Shown here piece by piece: positions 42,411-52,723 of a stretch of 64,000 nucleotides of DNA. A program made the translations under genes and the position numbers. Each line of letters opens with the position of its first letter. Positions within the stretch are counted from its first letter, which is position 1. The notes beneath the pieces were generated by a model. The model worked only from the letters and a program-made list of their open reading frames with translations, searched no databases and was not told where the DNA came from. This DNA is from an uncultured archaeon (GTDB lineage: Archaea > Asgardarchaeota > Thorarchaeia > Thorarchaeales > Thorarchaeaceae): NCBI GenBank assembly GCA_964354495.1, contig CAYHAA010000001.1:257870-321869 (forward strand), read 5' to 3'.

Positions 42411-44075
42411 ATGACCGATACCCAGTTCGATGTTGTCGTGATTGGCGGAGGAAGTACAGGAACAGCTGTGGCCCGTGATTGCGCCATGAGAGGCCTACGG
42501 ATTCTCTTGTTGGAACGTGATGATATTGCATCGGCCACCGTAGGTACGTGCGCAGGAATGATCTCATCTGGTCTAAAGTACAGTGACGAACCTGATATCA
42601 TGGCTATGTGCTCAAAGGAAGTTGTGCATTTCAGTCATATCGCTCGCCATATCATCTCCAAGAATCCGATCATTGCACCGCTCTTGGACCTAAGTGATGC
42701 CGCGAGTGATAGTTCATATGTTGACTCATACTCGGCACATGCTGAGGAACGTGCAGTACCTTCGATGCTGTTTTTGACACCTGAGGCTTCACGTGAAATT
42801 GAGCCGATGCTTCATCCTGATGTCATCGCCAGTGTCTACTATGAAGAATTCTTCATAGATCCCTTCCGTCTGTGCATGCTTCAGGCTCTAGATGCTGCCA
42901 AGCATGGCGCAAAGATAAAGACCTACTGCGAGGTCATTGATTTTGCCATCAATCACAATAACAAGCTCGAGGGTGTCGTTTTCTACAATGGAGTAACAGG
43001 CCGTACTGAGAAGGTCAGGACCGAATTCGTCATCAATGCTACTGGCCCTTGGGCACACAAGGTGGCTAGCCTTGCGGGTGAGAAACTAGATATTCGCCTC
43101 AACAAGGGCGCTCATGTCATACTAGACAGAAGAGTGGTCAATGTTGGGGTCACTGTAAAGGCTATTGATGGAAGATGGGTCTATCTTTTTCCCCACGAGA
43201 ATACTACGCTTCTCGGGACAACCGCCTTGGACACATGGGAGGATCCGGATTCACTCGTTGCTTCCTTTGATGAAATCGAATATCTTCTTCAGAGCATCGA
43301 GACTGTGCTACCATCTATTCGTGAGGCCCGTATTATTAGAACAATGGCAGGCGTCAGACCCCTTGTTCCTGAGTGGAAGAAACCTGAGGGAAAGGTGACT
43401 CGCGGCTACCAAGTCATAGATCATGGTGCGAATGATGGTACAAAGGGACTGATTAGCTTCACAGGAGGAAAGCTGGTCATGTGCAGGCACATGGCTGAAA
43501 CTGTCACAGACCTTGTCTGCAAGAAGCTTGGCAAGACTGCGACCTGCACGACCCATGAACAACCTCTTCCGGGAAATGAGGCCGACATCGATATTGTCGG
43601 ACTCTCAAGAGAATATGGCATTGCCCTTCATGCCTTGGAACGTATGCGCGCGCGTCGGGGAGCCGATATGGTGAAAGTTTTGGAGCTCACAAGACAGCAT
43701 CCCGAGTGGAAGACCACAGTATGCACATGCGAGCCAGTCATTGAGGCAGAGGTACGCTACACAATACGAGAGGAATTTCCGCAGACACTGAACGACCTCC
43801 GACGCAGACTTCGTCTGGGAACTGGTCCATGCCAAGGGACATCTTGCACCTACAAAGCTGCAGCAATCCTCTGTGAAGAGCTCAATCTGGGTGGCGATGA
43901 CTTTCTTGTTGATATTCTAGATTTCAGAGCAGAACGATGGAAAGGAATTCGGCAGTCTCTTCGGGGCGAGCAACTGGCTCAAGATGAACTCACGCAGGGA
44001 ATGTATGCATGCGTGGGAAACCTTGACCAGTCTGATGTAGACTATGATATCAAACCCTGGGAGGAGGGATGCTGA
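42411..44075 (+). CDS. glpA: Anaerobic glycerol-3-phosphate dehydrogenase subunit A
   Basis: The FAD-binding FDVVVIGGGSTGTAVARDCAMRGLRILLLER is at the N-terminus. The DAO domain is followed by a C-terminal BFD-like [2Fe-2S] region (CTCEPV...CQGTSCTYK). Length 554 aa. Confidence 0.85.
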   Translation: MTDTQFDVVVIGGGSTGTAVARDCAMRGLRILLLERDDIASATVGTCAGMISSGLKYSDEPDIMAMCSKEVVHFSHIARHIISKNPIIAPLLDLSDAASDSSYVDSYSAHAEERAVPSMLFLTPEASREIEPMLHPDVIASVYYEEFFIDPFRLCMLQALDAAKHGAKIKTYCEVIDFAINHNNKLEGVVFYNGVTGRTEKVRTEFVINATGPWAHKVASLAGEKLDIRLNKGAHVILDRRVVNVGVTVKAIDGRWVYLFPHENTTLLGTTALDTWEDPDSLVASFDEIEYLLQSIETVLPSIREARIIRTMAGVRPLVPEWKKPEGKVTRGYQVIDHGANDGTKGLISFTGGKLVMCRHMAETVTDLVCKKLGKTATCTTHEQPLPGNEADIDIVGLSREYGIALHALERMRARRGADMVKVLELTRQHPEWKTTVCTCEPVIEAEVRYTIREEFPQTLNDLRRRLRLGTGPCQGTSCTYKAAAILCEELNLGGDDFLVDILDFRAERWKGIRQSLRGEQLAQDELTQGMYACVGNLDQSDVDYDIKPWEEGC

Positions 44076-45449
44076 GTGAATCTCAAGGCTGATCTTCTTG
44101 TCATTGGTGGTGGCATGGCAGGGCTTGTTGCAGGCACAGTAGCTTCTGAATCTGGTCTGACTACTCTTCTTCTTAGAAAGGGCCAGAGCGCCACCGCATA
44201 CTCCTCAGGTGCGATAGACGTCATTGGGTATGTTCCAGATGTCCTAGAGCCCTTTTCAAGCCCCGAAGAAGGATTGCTTGCGATTGCGGCTCTATATCCT
44301 CTCCACCCGTATGCAGTTGTTGGCTATGGTGATGATGCTACATCTGAAGAAACGGGCGCAGCAATTGTTGGGAGAGTGCGGGGAGCTATTACGTGGCTGA
44401 AGGAGAATCTTGGGGGTACAATTGCTCCCGTAGTGGGCGAGTTTGATACCAACATGCATCTCATCACAATTCTTGGTACTGCAAAGCCCGCTTGTCTTGC
44501 ACAGACGACGATATGCCCCGCTGACCTTGAGAATCGAGAAGATAGTGTTCTTCTCTTTGCGGGTATCACCGGTTGTTCTGAATTCAGTCCATCTGCAGCT
44601 GCGAAGACTTACATTGAGGACCGAATCGCTCTCGGTGGACCTCCTCACAAGGTTGGTCATTGCATGCTTCAGGTCTCCCCCTTTGGCAAGTCCTTCAACA
44701 TCTCATCTATTGAGATTGCTCGGCATCTTGATCGTGAAGGTTCGATAGAGGCCCTTGCAGAACAACTCAAGGTACAAGTGAAACGAATTGGTGCGACACA
44801 TGTTGCCTTGCCGCCTGTGCTGGGTATTCGCAATGCAATTGCGAACAAGTCGAAGTTGGAGAAGCTGATAGGAGCCACTGCCTTCGAATTACTAGGTTTT
44901 CCGCCATCTGTCCCCGGTCTACGACTTCAACGCGCGCTTGAAGGCGTTTTTGTCAAAGCTGGAGGCAAGATGCTGGTAGGTCATGAAGCGATTTCCCACG
45001 TTAGAACAAAGCAACGGGTCACTGCGGTCATCGCACGCAGCCCACTTCGTGAAATAAGGATAGATGCAAAGGCCTTCATCCTAGCAACTGGGAAGTACAT
45101 CGGAGGTGGGATTGCTGGTAATGAGAAGGGACTCCGCGAGACCGTGTTTGACATCATGACTGTCACAGACGACTATCACTCGTCACGAGATATCGTACCC
45201 TCTCGTTCAACCAATCGCCTGTCAATCAGTCCCACTGGACAGCCAATTCAAGCCTGCGGATTGGGTATCGACTCACAATTCAGACCAGTTCGCGAAGACG
45301 GACTAGAATGGGCAGACAACCTCTTCGCAGCGGGTGCTGTTCTTGCTGGCTACAATTATTCTGTGGAGAAGAGTGGGCTGGGTGTTGCCTTAACGAGTGG
45401 ATATAGCGCAGCCAAGAACGCTATTGATTTCCTGAGGGAGGTGAAATAG
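44076..45449 (+). CDS. glpB: Anaerobic glycerol-3-phosphate dehydrogenase subunit B
   Basis: The N-terminal ADLLVIGGGMAGLVAG is a flavin-binding GxGxxG. The start overlaps the glpA stop (GTG at 44076). The size and position between the A and C subunits fit GlpB. Confidence 0.8.
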   Translation: MNLKADLLVIGGGMAGLVAGTVASESGLTTLLLRKGQSATAYSSGAIDVIGYVPDVLEPFSSPEEGLLAIAALYPLHPYAVVGYGDDATSEETGAAIVGRVRGAITWLKENLGGTIAPVVGEFDTNMHLITILGTAKPACLAQTTICPADLENREDSVLLFAGITGCSEFSPSAAAKTYIEDRIALGGPPHKVGHCMLQVSPFGKSFNISSIEIARHLDREGSIEALAEQLKVQVKRIGATHVALPPVLGIRNAIANKSKLEKLIGATAFELLGFPPSVPGLRLQRALEGVFVKAGGKMLVGHEAISHVRTKQRVTAVIARSPLREIRIDAKAFILATGKYIGGGIAGNEKGLRETVFDIMTVTDDYHSSRDIVPSRSTNRLSISPTGQPIQACGLGIDSQFRPVREDGLEWADNLFAAGAVLAGYNYSVEKSGLGVALTSGYSAAKNAIDFLREVK

Positions 45450-45450
45450 G

Positions 45451-46686
45451 TTGGACGAGGATGAGGCCTATGAATATGTGAAGAGCACACTGAGGAAGGA
45501 AAAGATAACTCCCTATCGTCCTGATGAGATAGAGAAGGTGAAATCTGTTAGTTCCTGCATCAACTGCGGACTATGCACGAATCATTGTCCAGTGGTTGCA
45601 GCTGTGGGCGTTGACCGTTTCAGTGGTCCCCGAAGTATTGCTGTGGAACTATCTCGTTCACCTCCTGAATACTGGTCCGCGGCAGATAAGGTGTACTTAT
45701 GCACAGAATGTGGAACATGTCGCGAGGTCTGTCCCAAGAATGTAGACATTCCTGAAATCGTCAACATGATCCGCGCAAGAATCTTCGAGCATCGACCAGA
45801 CCTCGTGCCAAAAGCCTTCATGTCGGTCAGAGAAATCATTACAGAACATGGTCTTGCGTTCGAGCCCTGGGCGGATAGAGAAGAGAAGGAAGGAAGTCGA
45901 GATATGCGACTTGAGCATCTGGGACTCCCTTATGTGCCTGACAGAACAAAGGAGAATGCAGATGTACTGTTCTTTCCTGGTTGTCAGGCTGAAGAACGGG
46001 CACAGGAAGTTCGTGAAGCCGCGAAGGTGATTCTTGACTTCTTTGATGTCGACTTCACCCTTCTTAACGAATTCTCGTGCTGCAGCCTTCCATCGCATTT
46101 GATGGGCGACGAAGTGACAGCGAGGGCATTAGCTGAGAAACTGAAGCAGAAGATTAAGAAACTAGGTGTGAAGAAGGTTGTGACAACATGTGCAGGCTGT
46201 ACATCAAACTTGGCCAGTCTTGCTGAACGAGATGGCTGGGGGATTCCAGTATATCACATGCTTGAGTTTCTCGCTGAGGAAATTGGATACAAGAGAGTAT
46301 CCAAGGCTCTGAGAAAGACTCAGACTCCTGATGATGCTCATATTTCGGTTCATGATCCCTGCCACCTCATTCGCCATACATCACGACAGATAATGGATTA
46401 TGCATCGGAAATCCTAGCTGTCATTCCTGGGGTGAAGGTCACCACTTCCGAGGCACATGACTCGTGCTGCGGTGGTGGTGGTATGGTATCTTATCACTCT
46501 GATGACGTGGCTAATGCCGTAGTGCAGGAGAATCTCATCGCCTTGGCGGCTACTGGGGCGGAACGTCTGGTGACACCATGTCCTCTCTGCACCGCACAAT
46601 TAGAGAACAATCTGTTCAAGAGCGGAAGTCCCATTGAAGTGGAGGATTTCACGGTCTTTATAGCTCGGAGACTTCCCAAGGAGTGA
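45451..46686 (+). CDS. glpC: Anaerobic glycerol-3-phosphate dehydrogenase subunit C (Fe-S, CCG domains)
   Basis: Two ferredoxin-like clusters are present (CINCGLCTNHCP; CTECGTCREVCP). Two CCG-type Cys motifs follow (FPGCQAEER...; HDPCHL...). TTG start 2 nt after glpB. Confidence 0.8.
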   Translation: MDEDEAYEYVKSTLRKEKITPYRPDEIEKVKSVSSCINCGLCTNHCPVVAAVGVDRFSGPRSIAVELSRSPPEYWSAADKVYLCTECGTCREVCPKNVDIPEIVNMIRARIFEHRPDLVPKAFMSVREIITEHGLAFEPWADREEKEGSRDMRLEHLGLPYVPDRTKENADVLFFPGCQAEERAQEVREAAKVILDFFDVDFTLLNEFSCCSLPSHLMGDEVTARALAEKLKQKIKKLGVKKVVTTCAGCTSNLASLAERDGWGIPVYHMLEFLAEEIGYKRVSKALRKTQTPDDAHISVHDPCHLIRHTSRQIMDYASEILAVIPGVKVTTSEAHDSCCGGGGMVSYHSDDVANAVVQENLIALAATGAERLVTPCPLCTAQLENNLFKSGSPIEVEDFTVFIARRLPKE

Positions 46687-48122
46687 TTAGCACCGTGCTC
46701 GATTCAAAGACGATAAAGAATCTCTACAAACGCATGGTTTCCATAGTTGGGCCAGAGAACGTACATCAACAGGAGACCGACAGAGTGCTCAATGCTCATG
46801 ATGCATGGCCCCTCAGCGAGGCCAAGTTGCGAGCTGGAGAGATGCTTCCTCTCGCAGATCTCTTGGTCTTCCCCTCATGTCGAGAAGAGGTAGCGGCCGT
46901 ACTTGTGGCTGCGAACGAGCTGGAAATCCCTGTCACGCCTGTTGGGGGCGGTGCTGGGACATGCGGTGGGACATTGCCCATCTATGGAGGAATACAGCTT
47001 GATCTAAAGCGGATGTGCAAGATTTGCGAGATTGACGACCAATCGATGACTATCAGAGCTCAGGCTGGAGTAGTAGGAATCGATCTAGAGGAATACGCAA
47101 ATCGACACGGCTATACTCTGGGTCACACACCTACCTCCCTGAGAGCATCGAATCTTGGCGGATTCATTTCAACCCGCTCCGGGGGTTCTATGTCCTCTCT
47201 CTATGGGAAAATCGAGGACCTGACCTTGGGTCTCGAGGTCATACTACCGGATGGGTCAATCTCAAAATGCAAGGCTGTCCCAAGGCAGTCTGTGGGTCCC
47301 GATCTCCGCCAGCTCTTCATAGGTTCAGAGGGAACCCTAGGAGTGATCACGGAGGCAACATTGCGGCTGTTCCCACTTCCTGAGGAACGTCGTTTCAGGA
47401 GTTTCACTTTTCCTGATGTTCACAGTGGTCTAGAAGCAATTCGCAACATCTTCAGAATTGGAATTACTCCATCCATTGCCAGGCTGTATGATCCCGAAGA
47501 CGCCGCTATGAGCTTCTCAACGCATTTTGAATTCGAAGAAGGGCATTGCATGTTGCTCCTCGGGTTCGATGGCGACAAAGCCCGCGTTGATCTTGATGAA
47601 AGGAAGTCCGTTGATATCTGTGTCAGACACGGTGGAACTGACTTAGGTGAAGGTCCTTCCAAGAGATGGTGGGAGCATAGGTATGACATGTACTATCCAA
47701 CCCGTCTAACGACATCGGGTTATGCCATTGGTGACACCATTGACATAGTGGCAACCTATGACAAGCTCGAGAAGGTCTACCAGTCGATGAAGGCAGCAAT
47801 GGAGGCAGATGACGCAATAGTCATGTCCCACTTCTCCCACATGTACCAGAACGGTGGTAGCATCTACATGATCTTCTTCACCTCCCAGCCAAGTGCCGAG
47901 ACCGCCTGGACGACATACAGGAAGATCTGGGATGATGGTGTTGCAGCTTGTCTTAGAGAGGGTGGAACGATGAGTCACCAGCACGGCGTCGGTCTCACTC
48001 GAAGTACTTACACGGAAGATGAGTTGGGGTCCTCATTCATTATACTGAAGAAAATCAAGGATGTTCTCGATCCTAAGGGAATAATGAATCCCGGTAAGCT
48101 TGGACTGGGGGTGCGAAAATGA
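46683..48122 (+). CDS. FAD-binding oxidoreductase (GlcD / D-lactate dehydrogenase-like, FAD_binding_4)
   Basis: The FAD-binding PCMH-type domain includes VTPVGGGAGTCGG. The C-terminal FAD-oxidase_C region includes HQHGVGLTRS. It overlaps the glpC stop by 4 nt. Confidence 0.8.
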   Translation: MISTVLDSKTIKNLYKRMVSIVGPENVHQQETDRVLNAHDAWPLSEAKLRAGEMLPLADLLVFPSCREEVAAVLVAANELEIPVTPVGGGAGTCGGTLPIYGGIQLDLKRMCKICEIDDQSMTIRAQAGVVGIDLEEYANRHGYTLGHTPTSLRASNLGGFISTRSGGSMSSLYGKIEDLTLGLEVILPDGSISKCKAVPRQSVGPDLRQLFIGSEGTLGVITEATLRLFPLPEERRFRSFTFPDVHSGLEAIRNIFRIGITPSIARLYDPEDAAMSFSTHFEFEEGHCMLLLGFDGDKARVDLDERKSVDICVRHGGTDLGEGPSKRWWEHRYDMYYPTRLTTSGYAIGDTIDIVATYDKLEKVYQSMKAAMEADDAIVMSHFSHMYQNGGSIYMIFFTSQPSAETAWTTYRKIWDDGVAACLREGGTMSHQHGVGLTRSTYTEDELGSSFIILKKIKDVLDPKGIMNPGKLGLGVRK

Positions 48123-49255
48123 CATTTGATGAAAGTCTCGCAGAGAAGATTAGGCTCTGTGCGGCATGCCCCAAGATGTGCCGCCATGTTTGCCCGACTT
48201 TCTTCGCTTGGCGTTCAGACTCCCCGACACCGCACGGCAGGGCCCTTTTGATACACCAAGAACTAATCGGCACTCGTAAGATAGATGATCGTGGCATTGA
48301 AGTTCTCTATCAGTGTCTCGAGTGCAGTCACTGCCTAACATGGTGTAAACCTGAGGTTGATATCGCATCTATTGTTGAGCAGAAGCGCAAGGTGCTGGTG
48401 GCTGAAGGTCGACGCCCCAAAGGTCTGACCGAGGTGGCTCATGCCATTAGGAAATACCATAATCCGTTCTCTGAGCCCCATGAGTCACGTAACAACTGGC
48501 TCTCCGTCAACAGCAAGAAGAAGGGGAAAACAATATTCTACTTCGTCGGTTGTACATCATCATATAGAGAGAAGGAGATCGCAGCTGACACTGTAGACCT
48601 TTTGGAATCTCTGGGTTACAGAGTTCTCGTCGCAGGTGGCTTGCAGGGTGAGTGGTGCTGCGGGTCTCCGCTCTTCCGAACTGGTGATGTTGAGCTTGGT
48701 ATGGAACTTGCACAACACAATACTGAGATGCTCAATAAGATGGATGCACAAGAGATAATCGTGACATGTCCCGGCTGTTTCCGAGCTCTATCAAAAGACT
48801 ACCCTGCCCAGGGACTAGTGATCAACAAACCTGTTAGGCATATCAGCCAGCTACTAGACGAGATGAAAGAGAGTCTTCCAGTCTTTGATTTTGAGGGGAC
48901 AATCACCTATCATGACCCATGCCATCTTGGGAGACACTCGAAGATCTACGACGAACCAAGGAATGTCATCAATCGAGTTTCGGGCTCCAAGCTGGTCGAG
49001 ATGGAACGAACCCGTGAGAATGCCATGTGTTGTGGCAACGGTGCTGGACTAAGAACTCTCTTTCCAGAACATGCCAAGAAAATCGGCTCCGAACGGGTTC
49101 GCCAAGCGCAGTCTACTGGTGCAACTATCTTAGTCACATCTTGCCCGTTCTGCAAGAACATGCTTGGCTCGCAGACTGGAAATGGTCTGACAGTATTGGA
49201 TCTACCTGAGATTGTCCTGATGGCCAAGAGAGGCCGCAAACTTAAGACACATTAG
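48119..49255 (+). CDS. Fe-S oxidoreductase, GlcF/LldF-like (4Fe-4S ferredoxin plus two CCG domains)
   Basis: CAACPKMCRHVCP and CLECSHCLTWC are 4Fe-4S motifs. The CCG signatures are FVGCTSSYRE...CCGSP and HDPCHL...CCGNGAG. It overlaps the upstream FAD oxidase by 4 nt. Confidence 0.75.
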   Translation: MTFDESLAEKIRLCAACPKMCRHVCPTFFAWRSDSPTPHGRALLIHQELIGTRKIDDRGIEVLYQCLECSHCLTWCKPEVDIASIVEQKRKVLVAEGRRPKGLTEVAHAIRKYHNPFSEPHESRNNWLSVNSKKKGKTIFYFVGCTSSYREKEIAADTVDLLESLGYRVLVAGGLQGEWCCGSPLFRTGDVELGMELAQHNTEMLNKMDAQEIIVTCPGCFRALSKDYPAQGLVINKPVRHISQLLDEMKESLPVFDFEGTITYHDPCHLGRHSKIYDEPRNVINRVSGSKLVEMERTRENAMCCGNGAGLRTLFPEHAKKIGSERVRQAQSTGATILVTSCPFCKNMLGSQTGNGLTVLDLPEIVLMAKRGRKLKTH

Positions 49256-49284
49256 GATTTACCTGTCAGTGAGCCGGAACGACC

Positions 49285-50403
49285 ATGGATACCGAGGAAA
49301 TACTTCAGCTAAAGGTCCGATTACTCACCGAGGGAGCCAGACTTCCAGAGGGTGAGTGGAAGGGACGACGAGGCGGCGCAGGTCCCGTCGGAAGTCGGTA
49401 TTTTCTCCTTCCAAATGGTCGCACCTGTGGTATCCCAATCAGAACAGGTAGGCAGGCCAATCTCTTCGGGTCAGCTAGTCTTGAGCCCACTGACGACCCG
49501 AGGGTGTGGCTGTACGATGATTCAATTCCATTGATTGTAGTCCCTCGGCCGAAGTTCTATGATTTGAGGACCAGTGAAGGAATAGCCTACAGTAGTATTG
49601 CCCTTCTTCATGGAGAACGGACACTTGCGACAACAGTCTACCAGTCCTGTAAGTACTGGTCAAATGGTTCCCAATGCAAGTTTTGTACAATACCTTTCTC
49701 GTATCTCTCTGGTGACACAGTGCTGGAGAAGGCTCCTGAGGATATTGTGGAGGTAATCATTGCGGCGCAGAAGGAAGAGCTGATTGATGACGTACTCCTC
49801 ACGACAGGAACTCCTGATGCTCCTGACATGGGCTGTAAGAGGTTGATAGATACAGTCACGGCCATACGGCAAGCAAGTGACATCCCAATTGCTGTTCAGT
49901 TTGAACCTCCTGTTAGGCACGCCATGATTCGGGAAGTAGCCAAAGCAGGAGCAGTTGCTGTGGGAATACATATTGAGAGTGCAGATGACTCAGTCCGTCA
50001 GGAGATGTGTCCTGGCAAACATCAGTTCGGTTCTCTCGATTTCTATAAGAAGAGCTGGCGATACGCTCTGAAGTACTTTGAACGGGGTCATGTCAGTACA
50101 TTTGTTCTGCACGGTCTTGGTGAAGATGTCCAAGAGACCTTGAAACTTGTCGAGGAGATCTCCCGACTTGGTGTGATGTCTGTGGTTGCTCCTGTGCGAC
50201 CGTCGCGAGGGAGCAAATTGGCTGACTACATCCCTCCATATGTTGGAGACCTTGCTGGCTCGGTTGACTTCTACAAGAACACCGGCAGGATTCTCTATAC
50301 TCATAGTCTGAATCCAAAACAGACTGCCGCTGGGTGCCACAAGTGCGGCGGATGTACGCCTATCCAAGAAGCATATGACTGGGCAGCAGCGCAGAAGTTA
50401 TAG
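49285..50403 (+). CDS. Radical-SAM-like protein with non-canonical Cx9Cx2C cluster motif
   Basis: CKYWSNGSQCKFC replaces the canonical CxxxCxxC. It has TIM-barrel-like alternation and a C-terminal CHKCGGC. The family assignment is tentative. Confidence 0.4.
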   Translation: MDTEEILQLKVRLLTEGARLPEGEWKGRRGGAGPVGSRYFLLPNGRTCGIPIRTGRQANLFGSASLEPTDDPRVWLYDDSIPLIVVPRPKFYDLRTSEGIAYSSIALLHGERTLATTVYQSCKYWSNGSQCKFCTIPFSYLSGDTVLEKAPEDIVEVIIAAQKEELIDDVLLTTGTPDAPDMGCKRLIDTVTAIRQASDIPIAVQFEPPVRHAMIREVAKAGAVAVGIHIESADDSVRQEMCPGKHQFGSLDFYKKSWRYALKYFERGHVSTFVLHGLGEDVQETLKLVEEISRLGVMSVVAPVRPSRGSKLADYIPPYVGDLAGSVDFYKNTGRILYTHSLNPKQTAAGCHKCGGCTPIQEAYDWAAAQKL

Positions 50404-50405
50404 CG

Positions 50406-50924
50406 GTGAACAACTCTCTAGGATTGATGAACACATCTGACTTGCCTGCTGAGGAAATCCGTGTGGTTGAGTTCGCAGAGGCGGACGCAGAAGAAATCTC
50501 AGAATTGTTCAGACAAGTATGGCCACTTGCTCTAGAGTATCCTAAGCACTGGCGAAAGAAACGTATGTACGCGCCGGCGAGGATTATTCGAGAGATGAGA
50601 TCAGGCTATCATTACTTTGGTAGTAGACTTGAGGGAAAGATCGTGGGAGTCTACAAGGCCATCATTACTGAGAAGGGACTATATGGAGCGCATCAGACTG
50701 TACGTCTGGAGTGTAGGACTTCCGGTTTAGCTTCTGCAATGTATATTCAATTTGCAGAGTACGCCAGAGAACACGGATGCCAAATGAATTACTGCAACAT
50801 CCTCGTTGGTCAGGAAGTCGGAGAACGTCTAATGAGGAAATTCGGATTTACACCTTGGGGCAAGCCCTATGAACAGGCTAAGGGCATGTTGGTACAGATG
50901 TACGAACGTCTTCTGGTTCCTTGA
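50406..50924 (+). CDS. GNAT-family acetyltransferase (tentative)
   Basis: The C-terminal GERLMRKFGFTPWG resembles GNAT motif B. Length 172 aa. It starts 3 nt after the preceding gene. Confidence 0.45.
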   Translation: MNNSLGLMNTSDLPAEEIRVVEFAEADAEEISELFRQVWPLALEYPKHWRKKRMYAPARIIREMRSGYHYFGSRLEGKIVGVYKAIITEKGLYGAHQTVRLECRTSGLASAMYIQFAEYAREHGCQMNYCNILVGQEVGERLMRKFGFTPWGKPYEQAKGMLVQMYERLLVP

Positions 50925-50997
50925 TTTTCTTCAGTTCCGAAAGACCTTTAGATAGCTCAGGAACCCACACTATGTCAAACTACCTCGAGGAATCAAT

Positions 50998-52665
50998 ATG
51001 GAAGTCTTCCCGATTCTCGTAGATGGCGAAGAAGTGGACACAGGAAAATACACGGTCTTTCCAGACATGGAGAAGGTGACTCAGGATCCGGGTCTTGGCA
51101 TTGCCCTGCAACTACAGAACGCCTCATCACTCTCACGCTTCGTCTTCTCTAAGATTCCCGGAATGATATCCAGTAGTACTCCTGAGATGAGATTCCTCAG
51201 AGACTATCGAAAATACCACGGTGTTCCAAAGTACTCTAAAGATGAGCTCGACGACGTAGTCTATACAAAGGTTTCACTGTCTCGTGAACAGGATATCGAG
51301 AGAGCGATAACTGCGGGCACACGAGATCATATGAAACTGTACAACCCCTTCAGAATCCCTGGCATGGGCGTGACTTTGGACGAGAGGGCGGACGCGCTGC
51401 ACAACGCAAGTCTAGAGATCAAGAAGAATTGGGATGTTATTCGGGAGATATCCATCAAGGAAGGAATGCCTGTTGGTACCCTGAAATGGGCTTGGAACCT
51501 TGGGGCGTGGAGTGACTACCGAAAATCCGTGGATGAGTGGGGAAAACTTCTTGATGTGATTGAAGAACCAGGGCTTGATGGAGGAAGGTCATATCGCTTT
51601 CGCGAGCCGTACGGCGTGTCTGCATTGTTCACGCCATATAATGCTCCTATCGCTTTGGGTATCTTCAGTATCACCTCGTCCGTTCTCGCAGGCAATTCGA
51701 CGATTCTGAAACCGCCGAACAAGGTCCCTCTGAGTACGATTATCTTTGCTCGCATTTTCATGAAGAGTTTCCTTGAGAGCGGAATGCCATCATCAATACT
51801 GCAAGTCCTTACTGGCGGAGGAAAAGAGCTGATGGAGCGATTCGTTTCCGACCCCAGAGTCGGGGCACTCGTCTGGTACGGTGACAGTGATGTTGGTTTG
51901 AAGCTGTGGTCCAATGCAGTTGGAAGACGGACTCAGATGGCTCCTGAGTTAGCAGGCAGCGATCCATGTCTTGTCTGGGGAAAAGATGTAGATCTTCGAA
52001 AGGCTGCTGAGGTCATTACAAAGGGGCGATTCCTCGGTAGTGGACAGGCATGTATGGCTATCAAACGCTTGATTGTGCAAGACTCATTGTATAGCGAGCT
52101 GGTATCGCTACTAGTCGAAGAAGCCAAGAAGCTCAAGGTTGGTCTTCCATCCGATCCAACGGTATCACTGTCTCCCGTTGGCATCACAGCGCTTTACCTC
52201 CTTATAGATCAAATGAAGGACGCAGTGGCAAAGGGTGCGAAGATTGAAACGGGCGGATATCGAGTCAACTATCTTGATGAGCCTGATCCTACAGGGTTGT
52301 TCTACAAGCCCACGATTGTCACCAATGTCAGTCTGAATATGCGTCTGATGACTGAAGAGGTATTTGCTCCCGCACTGCCGGTATACCCTGTAAAGAGCGT
52401 CGATGAGGCAATTTCTGTGGCTAATCAATCGCGCTTTGGCCTCAGGTCCAGCGTGATTACTGATGACATCAAGATTCGACAAAGATGGATTAAGGAAGTT
52501 GAAACGGCAGGCGTTGGAACTGGAGACGACCACCTATATTACGACCCCTATATGCCACACCTTGGAGGATACAAGGACTCGGGGATTATCGGAGGAAAAT
52601 ACTTCACGACCATGCTCTCACGAATGAAGTATGTGCATGCAGGTCCCGAAACCGGGTTTCTCTGA
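50998..52665 (+). CDS. Aldehyde dehydrogenase family protein
   Basis: The catalytic Cys context GQACMAIKRLIV, the general-base context ELAGSDPCLV, and the NAD-binding ILKPPNKVP are present. Length 555 aa. Confidence 0.85.
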   Translation: MEVFPILVDGEEVDTGKYTVFPDMEKVTQDPGLGIALQLQNASSLSRFVFSKIPGMISSSTPEMRFLRDYRKYHGVPKYSKDELDDVVYTKVSLSREQDIERAITAGTRDHMKLYNPFRIPGMGVTLDERADALHNASLEIKKNWDVIREISIKEGMPVGTLKWAWNLGAWSDYRKSVDEWGKLLDVIEEPGLDGGRSYRFREPYGVSALFTPYNAPIALGIFSITSSVLAGNSTILKPPNKVPLSTIIFARIFMKSFLESGMPSSILQVLTGGGKELMERFVSDPRVGALVWYGDSDVGLKLWSNAVGRRTQMAPELAGSDPCLVWGKDVDLRKAAEVITKGRFLGSGQACMAIKRLIVQDSLYSELVSLLVEEAKKLKVGLPSDPTVSLSPVGITALYLLIDQMKDAVAKGAKIETGGYRVNYLDEPDPTGLFYKPTIVTNVSLNMRLMTEEVFAPALPVYPVKSVDEAISVANQSRFGLRSSVITDDIKIRQRWIKEVETAGVGTGDDHLYYDPYMPHLGGYKDSGIIGGKYFTTMLSRMKYVHAGPETGFL

Positions 52666-52723
52666 TACTCCAGCTATTGAATACGTTCATTTGGTGCTCT
52701 TGATGTACTCTGTATGAGAGTAG

